Source: an uncultured Spirochaetales bacterium | GTDB lineage: Bacteria; Myxococcota_A; UBA9160; SMWR01 | NCBI GenBank assembly: GCA_964413375.1 | Contig: CAYPSI010000235.1 | Coordinates: 8,982 to 72,981, forward strand | DNA: 64,000 nt | Reading direction: 5' to 3' | Shown here: positions 1-8,623 of the stretch, piece by piece | Position numbering within the stretch: position 1 is the first letter of the stretch | How the letters are laid out: each line of letters opens with the position of its first letter | Notes under the pieces: generated by a model | What the model saw: the letters and a program-made list of their open reading frames with translations, nothing else | The model's database searches: none | What the model was told of the DNA's origin: nothing | Program-made: the position numbers and the translations under genes

Positions 1-393
1 GCGGAGATCTTCGCGTCGGATGGCGAGCCGGCCTTCCGCGCGCTCGAGCGCGACAGGGTCGCCCGCCTCGCCGGACGCCCGGCCGTAGTGGCGCTCGGGG
101 GCGGTGCGCTGACGCAGCCCGAAGTGCGCCAGATCGTTGGCGGGGTCGGCACGCTCGTCTGGCTGCGCGCGGCGCCCGAGACGCTGTTGGCTCGCATCGG
201 CAGCGGTGAGGAGCGACCGCTGCTCGCGGGCCTCGCGGGCGACGCGCGCCTCGCTCGACTGCGGGCCCTGCTCGGGGCGCGCGAGGAGGACTACGCGCGG
301 GCCGCCGTAGTCGTGGAGACCGACGCGGCCACGGTGGGGGAGGTCGCGGAGCGCATCGTGCGCGCGCTCGCGGAACGGGAGGCCGCGGCGTGA
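1..393 (+). CDS. aroK: Shikimate kinase, C-terminal part (5' end outside window)
   Basis: Frame 1 is open from the window edge. The translation AEIFASDGEPAFRALE..VVALGGGAL..LLARIGSGEERPLL resembles the shikimate kinase core and lid. The stop overlaps the aroB GTG start (GTGA). Confidence 0.8.
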   Translation, partial: AEIFASDGEPAFRALERDRVARLAGRPAVVALGGGALTQPEVRQIVGGVGTLVWLRAAPETLLARIGSGEERPLLAGLAGDARLARLRALLGAREEDYARAAVVVETDAATVGEVAERIVRALAEREAAA

Positions 394-1538
394 CGAAGGA
401 AACGGGGAAGCGCAGCGCGCTGCGCAGGCTTCGCGTCGAGCTCGGCGATCGCAGCTATCCGGTCGTGCTCGGCAGGGGCAGCCTCGCGCAGGCGGGCCCC
501 GCGATCGCGCGGCGCACCGGAGCGGGGCTCGCGGTGATCGTCAGTGTGCCGGCGGTGGCGCGCCGCTATGCACCGACGCTCGAGCGCTCGCTGCGGAGCG
601 CGGGACTGCGGGTGCGACGCATCGTGGTCCCCGATGGAGACCGCACGAAGCGCCTCGAGGTGGTGGAGCGCCTCTACCGCCGTCTGCTCGCGCTCGGTGG
701 GGATCGCAGCACGACCCTGGTGGCGCTCGGTGGCGGCATGGTGGGGGACCTCACGGGCTTCACGGCGGCGACCTTCCTGCGCGGCGTGCCCTTCGTGCAG
801 GTGCCGACGAGCGTGCTCGCGATGGTGGACGCGAGCGTCGGCGGGAAGGTCGGAGTGAACCTCCCGCAGGGGAAGAACCTGGTGGGCGCCTTTCACCAGC
901 CGCGTCTCGTATGGATCGACGTCGCGACCCTCGAGTCGCTGCCGTGGCGCCAGCGTTCGGCCGGCTTCGCCGAGGTGGTGAAGGCCGGCGCGCTCTGGGA
1001 CGCGAGCTTCTTTGCGCGCCTCGAGCGCGATGCCGAGGCGCTGATGGCACTCGATCCGGGACGCCTGATCCCGGCGCTCGCGCGGGCGATCGCGATCAAG
1101 GCGGAGATCGTGTCCATGGACGAGCGCGAAGCCGGGCCGCGCATGCTGCTCAACCTCGGCCACACGCTGGCGCACGCGGTCGAGGCGCTCACCGGCTACC
1201 GCAGCGTCCTGCACGGCGAGGCAGTCGCGATGGGGATGGTCTACGCGGCGCGGCGTTCCGAGGAGCTCGGGCTCGCACCCGAAGGGATCGCCGGCCAGAT
1301 CGAGGGGCTGCTGCGGCGCTTCGGCCTGCCGACCGAGCTACCGAGATTCCCGCGCGAGGCTTATCTCGCGGCGCTCCGCGTCGATAAGAAGCAACGGGAC
1401 GGGCAGATCCGCTACGTCGTGCTGCGCCGGATCGGCCGGGCCGAGACCCTGCCGCTCAGCGCAGCCCGGGTCCTCCCGCCGGGGGCCCTCGGGCGGGCAG
1501 GACGGCGAAAGCGAGGGGCTGCATGGAGACGCCGATGA
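390..1538 (+). CDS. aroB: 3-dehydroquinate synthase
   Basis: 382-aa ORF with LGGGMVGDLTGF, VQVPTSVLAMVDASVGGKVGVN, GKNLVGAFHQP and HTLAHAVE..LHGEAVAMG motifs typical of AroB. It is adjacent to aroK. Confidence 0.92.
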   Translation: MTKETGKRSALRRLRVELGDRSYPVVLGRGSLAQAGPAIARRTGAGLAVIVSVPAVARRYAPTLERSLRSAGLRVRRIVVPDGDRTKRLEVVERLYRRLLALGGDRSTTLVALGGGMVGDLTGFTAATFLRGVPFVQVPTSVLAMVDASVGGKVGVNLPQGKNLVGAFHQPRLVWIDVATLESLPWRQRSAGFAEVVKAGALWDASFFARLERDAEALMALDPGRLIPALARAIAIKAEIVSMDEREAGPRMLLNLGHTLAHAVEALTGYRSVLHGEAVAMGMVYAARRSEELGLAPEGIAGQIEGLLRRFGLPTELPRFPREAYLAALRVDKKQRDGQIRYVVLRRIGRAETLPLSAARVLPPGALGRAGRRKRGAAWRRR

Positions 1539-2017
1539 AGGATGCGGAGCGGGTGGCTCGGCTCGAGAGGACGATGCGGCGCTGTCTCGAGCTCCTCGAG
1601 GCGGAGCGCCCGGAGGAGGCTCGCCGCGAGCTCGCCCAGGCCGTGGCCGCGCGCTCCACGGCCGGCGCGCTCGATGGAGACGTGACCGATTTCGAGCTCG
1701 AGCAGGCCTTCGATCGCGCACAGCCGGTGGCCGACGAGGTGGTCGATGCCGATCGCGTCGCGCGTGACGCGATCCGCGCGGTCGAGCGCGAGCTCCTCGA
1801 AGACCGGGCCGAGCCTCCGGCGGCCTTCGCGACCGGCACCATGGCAGAGCTCCTCGAGCGACAGGGCGATGCCGAAGGGGCCCGTCGGATCCGGGAGTCC
1901 TTGGCACACAGGGAGGTCCGGCGCGAAACTCCGCCGAGACTTCGGCCGCGGCCCGATCGGGCCCGTGTCCTCGCGACGCTCGAGCAATGGCTCGGGAACG
2001 TGAGGGGAAAGGAGTGA
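1523..2017 (+). CDS. Hypothetical acidic/Arg-rich protein (start 1523 or ATG 1535)
   Basis: The ORF has strong G/C third-position bias. A GAGGGG Shine-Dalgarno-like sequence precedes 1523. The alternative ATG at 1535 forms an ATGA overlap with the aroB stop. I recognise no family. Confidence 0.55.
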   Translation: METPMKDAERVARLERTMRRCLELLEAERPEEARRELAQAVAARSTAGALDGDVTDFELEQAFDRAQPVADEVVDADRVARDAIRAVERELLEDRAEPPAAFATGTMAELLERQGDAEGARRIRESLAHREVRRETPPRLRPRPDRARVLATLEQWLGNVRGKE

Positions 2018-2391
2018 GCGTGAGCTTCGCCTCGCTGCTGCGCGAAATCGTGGAGGGGTGCCGGGGCGGCCTCGGGGCAGCGCTGCTCGGTTACGACGGG
2101 ATGCCGATCGAGCAGATCGTCGCCGAGAGCGCACCGGAGACCCTGGCGGAGGACCTCGCCACCGCAGGCGTCGAGTTCGGTCGCATTCTCGCGGAGGTCC
2201 GCAAGGCGTCGGATGCACTCGCGGGGGGCTCGCTGCTCGATCTCACGCTGCGCCTTTCCAGGATGAGCTTCGTCTTCTGCGGGGTGGACGACGACACCTT
2301 CGTGGCGGTAGCCGTCGCGCCGGATGGCAACACGGGTCAGGCGCGCTATCTCATCCGGCGTCAGATGCCGGCCCTGCGCGCGGAGTTCTAG
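2014..2391 (+). CDS. Roadblock/LC7 (MglB-like) domain protein
   Basis: The GTG start at 2014 overlaps the upstream stop (GTGA) and is preceded by GGGGAAAGGAG. About 125 aa, with [25 protein letters not shown]...[32 protein letters not shown], the pattern seen in Roadblock/LC7 family proteins. Confidence 0.7.
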   Translation: MSVSFASLLREIVEGCRGGLGAALLGYDGMPIEQIVAESAPETLAEDLATAGVEFGRILAEVRKASDALAGGSLLDLTLRLSRMSFVFCGVDDDTFVAVAVAPDGNTGQARYLIRRQMPALRAEF

Positions 2392-2469
2392 GGACCGGGG
2401 CGGGTGCCAGGGCCGGAGCCCCGCGCGCGCTCCACCCGCAAGCGGGGGCCGAAGAGGGAGCGCAAGCCA

Positions 2470-2957
2470 TGAGCGAGCCGCTTCGCGTACTCGTCGTCCA
2501 TGGTCCCAACCTGAACCTGCTCGGGACTCGCGAGCCGGAGATCTACGGATCGACGACGCTCGACGAGATCCATGCCGATCTCGTCTCGGCGGCGAAGCCC
2601 TGGGGCGCGGAGCTCGAGTTCTTCCAGTCCAATCACGAGGGCGCGCTGATCGACCGCATCCAGGAGGCGCTCTCCTGGGCCGACGGGATCTTGATCAACC
2701 CCGGAGGCCTCACGCATACGAGCGTCTCGCTGCGAGACGCCCTCGTCGCGACACGACTGCCCGTGGTCGAGGTCCATCTCTCCAACGTCTTCGCGCGCGA
2801 GGAGTTCCGGCAGCGCTCCCTCGTGTCTCCGATCGCCGTCGGCGTGATCTCCGGCTTCGGCCCCCAGAGCTACCGCCTCGCCCTCGAGGCCCTGCTCGAC
2901 CGGCTCGGCTCCGCGTCCTCTGCCGAGCCTTCAAGGCAGTTCCCGTCCGGCCGATAA
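2470..2957 (+). CDS. aroQ: 3-dehydroquinate dehydratase, type II
   Basis: [62 protein letters not shown] is the canonical AroQ signature. I use the internal ATG at 2470 rather than the track start at 2058. Confidence 0.92.
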
Positions 2958-3014
2958 AGAGCAGGGGAGGGGGGGAACCCCTCACCCGGCTGGATACGAG
3001 CGCGCGGGGACGGG

Positions 3015-6000
3015 TTGGCGCCGAACAAGCGGAAAATGCTCGAGGCGGCGCGTAAGTACGCTCAGAAGGGCGCGCAGGACCGCGCGCTCAAGGAATACGA
3101 GCAGCTCCTCAAGCTCGACCCGCGCGACGCCAAGCTGCGCCTCGAGGTCGGCGACGCCCATCGCCGCTGGGGTCAGGTCGAGGAGGCGACGGCGGCGTAC
3201 CGGCGCGTCGCGGAGCAGTACACCGCCGAGGGCTTCGACGCGCGCGCGGTCGCCGTCTACAAGCAGATCCAGAGCCTCGACCCGAAGGGCCATGCCGCTT
3301 GCGAGCCGCTGGCGGAGCTCTACCAGCGGATGGGGCTCGCCTCCGAGGCGATCTCCGCGCTGCAGGCCGCCGCCGACGGTCACGCGCGCGAAGGCAACAA
3401 GCGGCACGCCCTCGATCTGCTGCGCCGCATGGTCGGCCTCGATCCGACCAATACCACGAGCCGCATCAAGGTGGCCGATCTGCTGCGGCAGGAGAAGCTC
3501 GTCGACGAGGCGACGGCGGAATACGAGTCGGTGTGTGGCGAGCTCGAACGACAGGGCGAAAGGGAGGCGGCGGGCAGGGTGATCGAGCGCCTGCTCGAGC
3601 TGACGCCGGATCGCGCAGAGATCCTCGCGCGGCTCGCGCGCAACCTGCTCTCTCGCGGCGAGGTGAACGAAGCCGAGGCCCCCGCGCGCCGCGCGAGCGA
3701 GCGAGACCCCCAGGAGATCACTCATCATGAGCTCCTGGCGGATGTCTATCGCGCGCAGAAGCGCGACGACAAGCTCATCGAAGCCTACCGCAGGATCGCC
3801 GAGCTCTATCGTGAGCGCGGCGACGACGAGCAGGCCCGGGACATCATGCAGCGCTTCGTCCCGCTGACGGCCTTCGAGGCGCCCGCACCCGTCGCAGAGG
3901 AATCGCCCTTCGGCGCCGAGTCGCTCGAGTTCGACGACCCGGGAGCCGGGCGCGAACTGGCACTCGACGACGAGTTCCTCGACGACGCCGGTCCGGTCAC
4001 GCACCGTCCCATCGCGAAGCCTGCGGCATCCACGCGGGGGATCGAGCGACCGACGCAGGCTCGCAGTCCGCGACCCGTGCTTGCGCCGCCGGTCGCCACG
4101 CGTCCGTCGGCCGCGGAGGAGACGGTCTTCGAGCTGGGCGCCGAGGCCGGCTCGCGCATCCTCGGCGACCCGGAGGCGCTGCTCGCCGAGGCGAGCGTGT
4201 ATCTGCGCTACGGAAAGCGCGGCCAGGCGATCGAGAACCTTCAGGCCATCCTGGCGCGCGACCCGCATCACCGCAGCGCGCTCGAGAAGCTCGGCGACGC
4301 GTACGCGGACGACGCGGATGCAGCCGGTGCCGTGGCCGCGTGGCTGCGGGCGGGCGAGCTCGCGCGCGACGAGGGAGACCTCGAGGCGATGGCGTTGCTG
4401 CGCGATCGCGTGGCCGCTCTGGATGCCGCTGCCGCGGCGACGCTCGAGTCCGAGGACTCGCTCGACGACAGCGAGGACGAGTCCATCGATCTGCCCGGCG
4501 AGGAAGCGGTCGCGGCCACTGCGCCGGCCCCTGGCGATGACTTCGACCCGTCCGCCGATGACATCGAGATCGATCTCGATGAGGTCGGAATCGAGGAAGA
4601 GCTGCTCCAGATGCCGGCGTCCGCGCCGGTGGCGAGCGCACGCGAAGCGCTTCCCGACACCGGAATCGATGCCGATGAGGACCTCGAGGTCGAGATCGAT
4701 CTGGATGCCGCCGAATCCATCGCAGGCGAGATCGACGACCCAGGGCTGTCGGATCCCGGAGCGAGCTCCGCTCCAGAGCAGCCGTCCGACCGCGGAGCGA
4801 ACCCGGATTCCGAGTCGATCTCGAATCCCGAGCGCGTCGCGGAGGATCTCGAGGAGGCCGAGTTCTACCTGCAGCAGGGGCTCGCGGAGGAAGCACGCGC
4901 CCTGTTCGAGCGTGTGCTCGCCGCGTCTCCGGGACATCCGCTCGCGCTGGTCAGACTCGGGGAGCTGGCTGCCGCCGCTGGCGAGGACCCGGACGCACCG
5001 GGGTCCGGGCCGCTGGCTCTCGATCGATCCCTGACGCCAGTCGCCCCTCCGGCCGCTCGCCAGAGCGCCGCGGAGACGGATCCCGACGGCGCGTGGCTTC
5101 GGGGCGTCGACGACCCCTTCCTCGAGGAAGAGGAGGCGAGCGAGACGGACGCGACGAATGCGGTCGCTCCCGCCGGCTTCGACGCACTCGCCGACAGCGA
5201 GCCCGCGCCTTCTCTGCGCGCGGCGGAGGCAACCTCTCCGCAGCCCGAGGCGCAGGCTGCGACTGCGGCTCCCGGCCCGGTCGGAGACTTCGATCTCGCG
5301 GCGGAGCTCTCCGCGGCGCTCGAGGATGCGGTGCCCGAGGGCGCTCGCTCGGCTGCGGCCAGTGACGAGGGTTTTCAGGCGGTCTTCGGCGCGTTCAAAC
5401 GAGGCGTCGAGGCGACTCTCGGGAGCGGCGACCACGAGTCGCACTACGACCTCGGCATCGCGTATCGCGAGATGGGCTTGCTCGACGATGCGATCGCGGA
5501 GTTCCGCAGCGCGATGCAGAGCCCGACACGGCGCATCGACTGTCTGCACATGCTCGGTCTCTGTGCGCTGGAGCAGGCCCGTTCGGACGAGGCCATCGAC
5601 CTGTTTGCGCACGCACTCGGGGCGCCGGACGTCGCGCAGGAGCAGGAGCTCGCGATCCGCTTCGAGCTCGGGCGGGCCTACGCGCAGTCGGGCGACCTCG
5701 AGAGGGCGCGCAGTGCCTGGGAGAAGGTGGCTTCCGTCGACCCCGACTTCTGCGAGGTGAGCGAGCTGCTGGTGGGCCTGGTTGCGCACGAGGCCCCGCC
5801 CGCCGCAGCGCTCGAGTCCTTCGGCGACCTGATCGCGGAAGCGGAGGGGGACTCCTCGCCGCCCCCGGCTTCCGAACACGAGTCCTTCGACGACCTGCTC
5901 GAGGAGGCGAGGGCCGAGTTCGCTTCCGAGGACTCCGAGGGGGCCGCAAGCAGCGGCGAGCGCCCGGTGAAGAAGGAGAGCGCGCCGCCTCCCAAGCCGC

Positions 6001-6026
6001 GGCGCCGGAAGATTTCGTTCGTTTGA
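3015..6026 (+). CDS. Large TPR-repeat protein with central acidic low-complexity region
   Basis: 1003-aa ORF. It has N-terminal TPR-like helical repeats (ALKEYEQLLKLDPRDAKLRLEVGDAH..AVAVYKQIQSLDP..), an Asp/Glu-rich middle (IEIDLDE..EVEIDLD) and C-terminal TPRs (YDLGIAYREMGLLDDAIAEFRSA..). Third-position G/C bias is good. Confidence 0.85.
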   Translation: MAPNKRKMLEAARKYAQKGAQDRALKEYEQLLKLDPRDAKLRLEVGDAHRRWGQVEEATAAYRRVAEQYTAEGFDARAVAVYKQIQSLDPKGHAACEPLAELYQRMGLASEAISALQAAADGHAREGNKRHALDLLRRMVGLDPTNTTSRIKVADLLRQEKLVDEATAEYESVCGELERQGEREAAGRVIERLLELTPDRAEILARLARNLLSRGEVNEAEAPARRASERDPQEITHHELLADVYRAQKRDDKLIEAYRRIAELYRERGDDEQARDIMQRFVPLTAFEAPAPVAEESPFGAESLEFDDPGAGRELALDDEFLDDAGPVTHRPIAKPAASTRGIERPTQARSPRPVLAPPVATRPSAAEETVFELGAEAGSRILGDPEALLAEASVYLRYGKRGQAIENLQAILARDPHHRSALEKLGDAYADDADAAGAVAAWLRAGELARDEGDLEAMALLRDRVAALDAAAAATLESEDSLDDSEDESIDLPGEEAVAATAPAPGDDFDPSADDIEIDLDEVGIEEELLQMPASAPVASAREALPDTGIDADEDLEVEIDLDAAESIAGEIDDPGLSDPGASSAPEQPSDRGANPDSESISNPERVAEDLEEAEFYLQQGLAEEARALFERVLAASPGHPLALVRLGELAAAAGEDPDAPGSGPLALDRSLTPVAPPAARQSAAETDPDGAWLRGVDDPFLEEEEASETDATNAVAPAGFDALADSEPAPSLRAAEATSPQPEAQAATAAPGPVGDFDLAAELSAALEDAVPEGARSAAASDEGFQAVFGAFKRGVEATLGSGDHESHYDLGIAYREMGLLDDAIAEFRSAMQSPTRRIDCLHMLGLCALEQARSDEAIDLFAHALGAPDVAQEQELAIRFELGRAYAQSGDLERARSAWEKVASVDPDFCEVSELLVGLVAHEAPPAAALESFGDLIAEAEGDSSPPPASEHESFDDLLEEARAEFASEDSEGAASSGERPVKKESAPPPKPRRRKISFV

Positions 6027-6035
6027 GGAGGGGAC

Positions 6036-7121
6036 GTGGACCACCTGCGGCACTTCGGTCTCTCGGAGGATCCGTTCCGCGACGAGCTCCGCGTGCGCGA
6101 CTTCTGCGCAACGCGTGCCGTTCGCGACGCGTTGCTCCGCATCGAGCGGGGTCTCCGGCAGGGCCGCGGGCTCGGCATCCTCTCGGGCGCGCCCGGGTGC
6201 GGCAAGAGCATGCTGCTGCGCCGCATCCTCGATGGCCTCGAGGAGGAGGTCTTCGAAGCCAGCATGCTGGTGGTGCTGCCCGGCGCCGGCGAGGCGGGGG
6301 GACTGCTCGTGCGCTTCGCCAAGCACCTCGGCGTCGAGCAGCCGGCGAAGGAGCGCCAGGCGCTGCTCGGACAGATCTTCGAGCGGCTCGCGATCGTGCG
6401 CGAGGAGGGTCGCCAGGCCGTGCTGCTCGTCGATGACGCCGACGTTCTCGGCGGCAGTGGCGCGCTCGCCGAGCTGATCGGGCTGCTGCGCCTCGAGTAC
6501 GAGGATCGCCGACTGCTCTCGCTCGTGCTGGCGGGCTCGAGCGGCCTCGACGCCGCGATCGCGGGCGACCCTGGGCTCGCCCACCGCACCGACTTTCGCG
6601 CAAGGCTCGACTCTCTCGACCCGCAGGACGCCGCCGCCTACCTCGCGCACCGGCTCCAGAATGCCGGAGGCGATCCCGGGATCCTGGCGCCGGATGCGGT
6701 CGAGGCCATCCACCGCCTCGGCCGGGGGCTCCCAGGGTTGATGAACCGCCTCGCGGACAACGCGCTCTTCGAGGCATTCCTGTGCGGCCGCGGGCGCGCG
6801 ACCCGCGCCGACGTCGAGCGCGCCCACCGCGATCTCGGCTTCGACCCGGTGCCGCAGGCGCCCGCGCGTGCGCCGGCATGCGAGGAGTCCGCCCCGAGGG
6901 ACTCGTGGCGCGCTGGGGCAGAAAGCCCGCCTGAAGAGACGGACGCGGAGCCGCTGCCCGCGGAACTCGATCCCTTCGCAGCCGACGACGACTCGCTGGG
7001 CGACCTGGACTCCGAGCTCGAAGCGATCTTCGAGGGAGTCGATGCGTCCCCGATGCCCGCGCAGCGCCGCTCGCGCATCGACGGCGGCCAGCCCCTCGTG
7101 GCCCGGCTCCTCGAGGACTGA
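6036..7121 (+). CDS. ExeA/GspA/MshM-like AAA ATPase
   Basis: N-terminal FGLSEDPF, Walker A GAPGCGKS, Walker B VLLVDDAD and the overall ExeA (COG3267-like) layout, with an acidic C-terminal tail. It lies 9 nt downstream of the TPR gene. Confidence 0.8.
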   Translation: MDHLRHFGLSEDPFRDELRVRDFCATRAVRDALLRIERGLRQGRGLGILSGAPGCGKSMLLRRILDGLEEEVFEASMLVVLPGAGEAGGLLVRFAKHLGVEQPAKERQALLGQIFERLAIVREEGRQAVLLVDDADVLGGSGALAELIGLLRLEYEDRRLLSLVLAGSSGLDAAIAGDPGLAHRTDFRARLDSLDPQDAAAYLAHRLQNAGGDPGILAPDAVEAIHRLGRGLPGLMNRLADNALFEAFLCGRGRATRADVERAHRDLGFDPVPQAPARAPACEESAPRDSWRAGAESPPEETDAEPLPAELDPFAADDDSLGDLDSELEAIFEGVDASPMPAQRRSRIDGGQPLVARLLED

Positions 7122-7169
7122 GACCCCCTCCAGGGGCCGTCCCTGCGAAGCGCCGGCCTTTGCTCCGTC

Positions 7170-7198
7170 TTGCCCGGCCTGCGGCTCCGTGTCATGCT
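7170..7198 (+). promoter_or_regulatory. Possible sigma70-type promoter for tRNA-Gly (TTGCCC-N17-CATGCT)
   Basis: A -35-like TTGCCC (7170-7175) and a -10-like CATGCT (7193-7198) are spaced 17 nt apart and end 9 nt before the mature tRNA 5' end. The match is weak. Confidence 0.25.
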
Positions 7199-7207
7199 GA
7201 TCCGGAC

Positions 7208-7283
7208 GCGGGAATAGCTCAGTTGGTAGAGCATCAGCTTCCCAAGCTGAGGGTCGCGGGTTCGAATCCCGTTTCCCGCTCCA
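7208..7283 (+). tRNA. tRNA-Gly (anticodon CCC)
   Basis: GCGGGAATAGCTCAGTTGGTAGAGCATCAGCTTCCCAAGCTGAGGGTCGCGGGTTCGAATCCCGTTTCCCGCTCCA folds as a cloverleaf by hand. It has a 7-bp acceptor stem, anticodon loop TTCCCAA, a TTCGAAT T-loop and an encoded CCA. Confidence 0.95.
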
Positions 7284-7373
7284 GTTTCAGTTGCGCCGGG
7301 GTGCGCCCCCGGCCGACGGTCGGACGCGCTTTGTTTGCGCCGGTGCCGGCCCGATGCTCTGGAGGAAGATTCG

Positions 7374-7907
7374 ATGGCCACGCGAAAGAAGAAGTCTCCC
7401 GCAAAGAAGTCCGGCCGGGGTGGAAGCGGCGCAAGCGCGCGTGCGCGTACGGCCTTTGCCCGCTTCGAGGCCGAGCTCCCTCCGAATCTGAGAGACTTCT
7501 CGAAGCGGGCGCAGCGCGGGCTGTCCCGGCTCGAGAAGCAGATCGAGAACGCCCAGCGCGACGCGCGCCGGCGTTGGACGCGGCTGCTGCGCGAGGTGAG
7601 CCACCAGCTCGGACGCCTCGAGTCCGTGGGAGAACGCCGCTGGCGCGTGCAGAGCCTCCAGGCGCGTCGCGAAGCCGTTCGGCTCCTCCAGCGCCTCGAG
7701 AAGGCGATCGAGCCTCCCAACGCGAAAGGCCGCAAGGCCCCCGCGAGCAAGCCCACGCGGAGCGTCGCGTCGCCCAAGCCGGCGGCCACGGTTTCGCGGG
7801 CTGCCGCGCCGCGCCAGCCGGTGGCTGCGCCCCCGCGTTCCGCCGCCCCCGCCGCGCCGCAGACGCCGCCCGTTCCGTCGACGGAGGGTCCGGGAGGCGG
7901 CTTCTGA
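7374..7907 (+). CDS. Hypothetical basic protein with coiled-coil-like centre and Ala/Pro-rich tail
   Basis: The ATG at 7374 is preceded by GGAGGAAG. It begins MATRKKKSPAKKSGRGG, has a heptad-like middle (LSRLEKQIENAQRDARRRW..) and an A/P-rich C-terminus. I recognise no family. Confidence 0.6.
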   Translation: MATRKKKSPAKKSGRGGSGASARARTAFARFEAELPPNLRDFSKRAQRGLSRLEKQIENAQRDARRRWTRLLREVSHQLGRLESVGERRWRVQSLQARREAVRLLQRLEKAIEPPNAKGRKAPASKPTRSVASPKPAATVSRAAAPRQPVAAPPRSAAPAAPQTPPVPSTEGPGGGF

Positions 7908-8015
7908 CGTCGCGCTGTTGCGGGGCCTCGCCACCCGCCGGGAGTGGGCGGTCCAATCGGGTCGCGCGCGGCGCTTGCGTGGATCCGGGATCGCGGCGCT
8001 AGAGGAGGCTCTCGG

Positions 8016-8609
8016 ATGACGACGATCGGTCTGGTTCTCTTCGACGATGCGGAGGAGCTCGACTTCGTCGGACCGTGGGAGGTCTTCACGATGGCCACCG
8101 CGGACCTTGCCGACTCCCGCGTGCTGACCCTCGCGGAGCGTCCCGGGCCGGTGCGCTGCGCGAAGGGACTCCGCGTGCTTCCCGACTGCGATTTTGCGAG
8201 CGCCCCGGATCTCGACGTCCTGCTCGTCCCGGGAGGGCAGGGCACGCGGCGCGAGGTCGACAATCCGGTGCTGCTCGACTGGCTGGCGAAAACGGCCGCG
8301 CGTTGCCAATGGGTCACGAGCGTCTGCACCGGATCGCTGCTGCTGCACGCGAGCGGACTGGCGGCCGGCCGGCGCATCACGACGCACTGGGCCTTCGTCG
8401 AGGCGCTGCGCGGCCGGGCGCCCGACGCCACCGTCCTCGAGGGGGTGCGTTACGTGCGCGACGGAAACCTGGTGACGGCGGCCGGTGTCTCGGCCGGGAT
8501 CGACATGTCCCTATGGCTCGTCGGGCAGATCTGGAGCGTCGATCGAGCCCGCGCGACGCAGCGCTTCATGCAGTACGACCCGGCACCGCCCTACCCGGCG
8601 GACGTCTGA
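8016..8609 (+). CDS. DJ-1/PfpI family protein (GATase1-like)
   Basis: The ATG at 8016 follows AGAGGAGG. FDDAEELDFVGPWEVF..LLVPGG..VTSVCTGSLLLHASGLL..ITTHW..VTAAGVSAGIDMSL contains the nucleophile-elbow Cys typical of DJ-1/PfpI. Confidence 0.88.
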   Translation: MTTIGLVLFDDAEELDFVGPWEVFTMATADLADSRVLTLAERPGPVRCAKGLRVLPDCDFASAPDLDVLLVPGGQGTRREVDNPVLLDWLAKTAARCQWVTSVCTGSLLLHASGLAAGRRITTHWAFVEALRGRAPDATVLEGVRYVRDGNLVTAAGVSAGIDMSLWLVGQIWSVDRARATQRFMQYDPAPPYPADV

Positions 8610-8623
8610 TTCCCCAGCGTCGA

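Noticed and set aside
2982-6827. 1281-aa ORF on the minus strand
   Set aside because: It lies antisense to the TPR and ExeA-like genes. The translation is Arg/Ala/Gly/Glu-rich with no recognisable motif. This is a typical shadow ORF of GC-rich DNA, where stop codons are rare in the complementary frame, and the plus-strand genes have clear family motifs.
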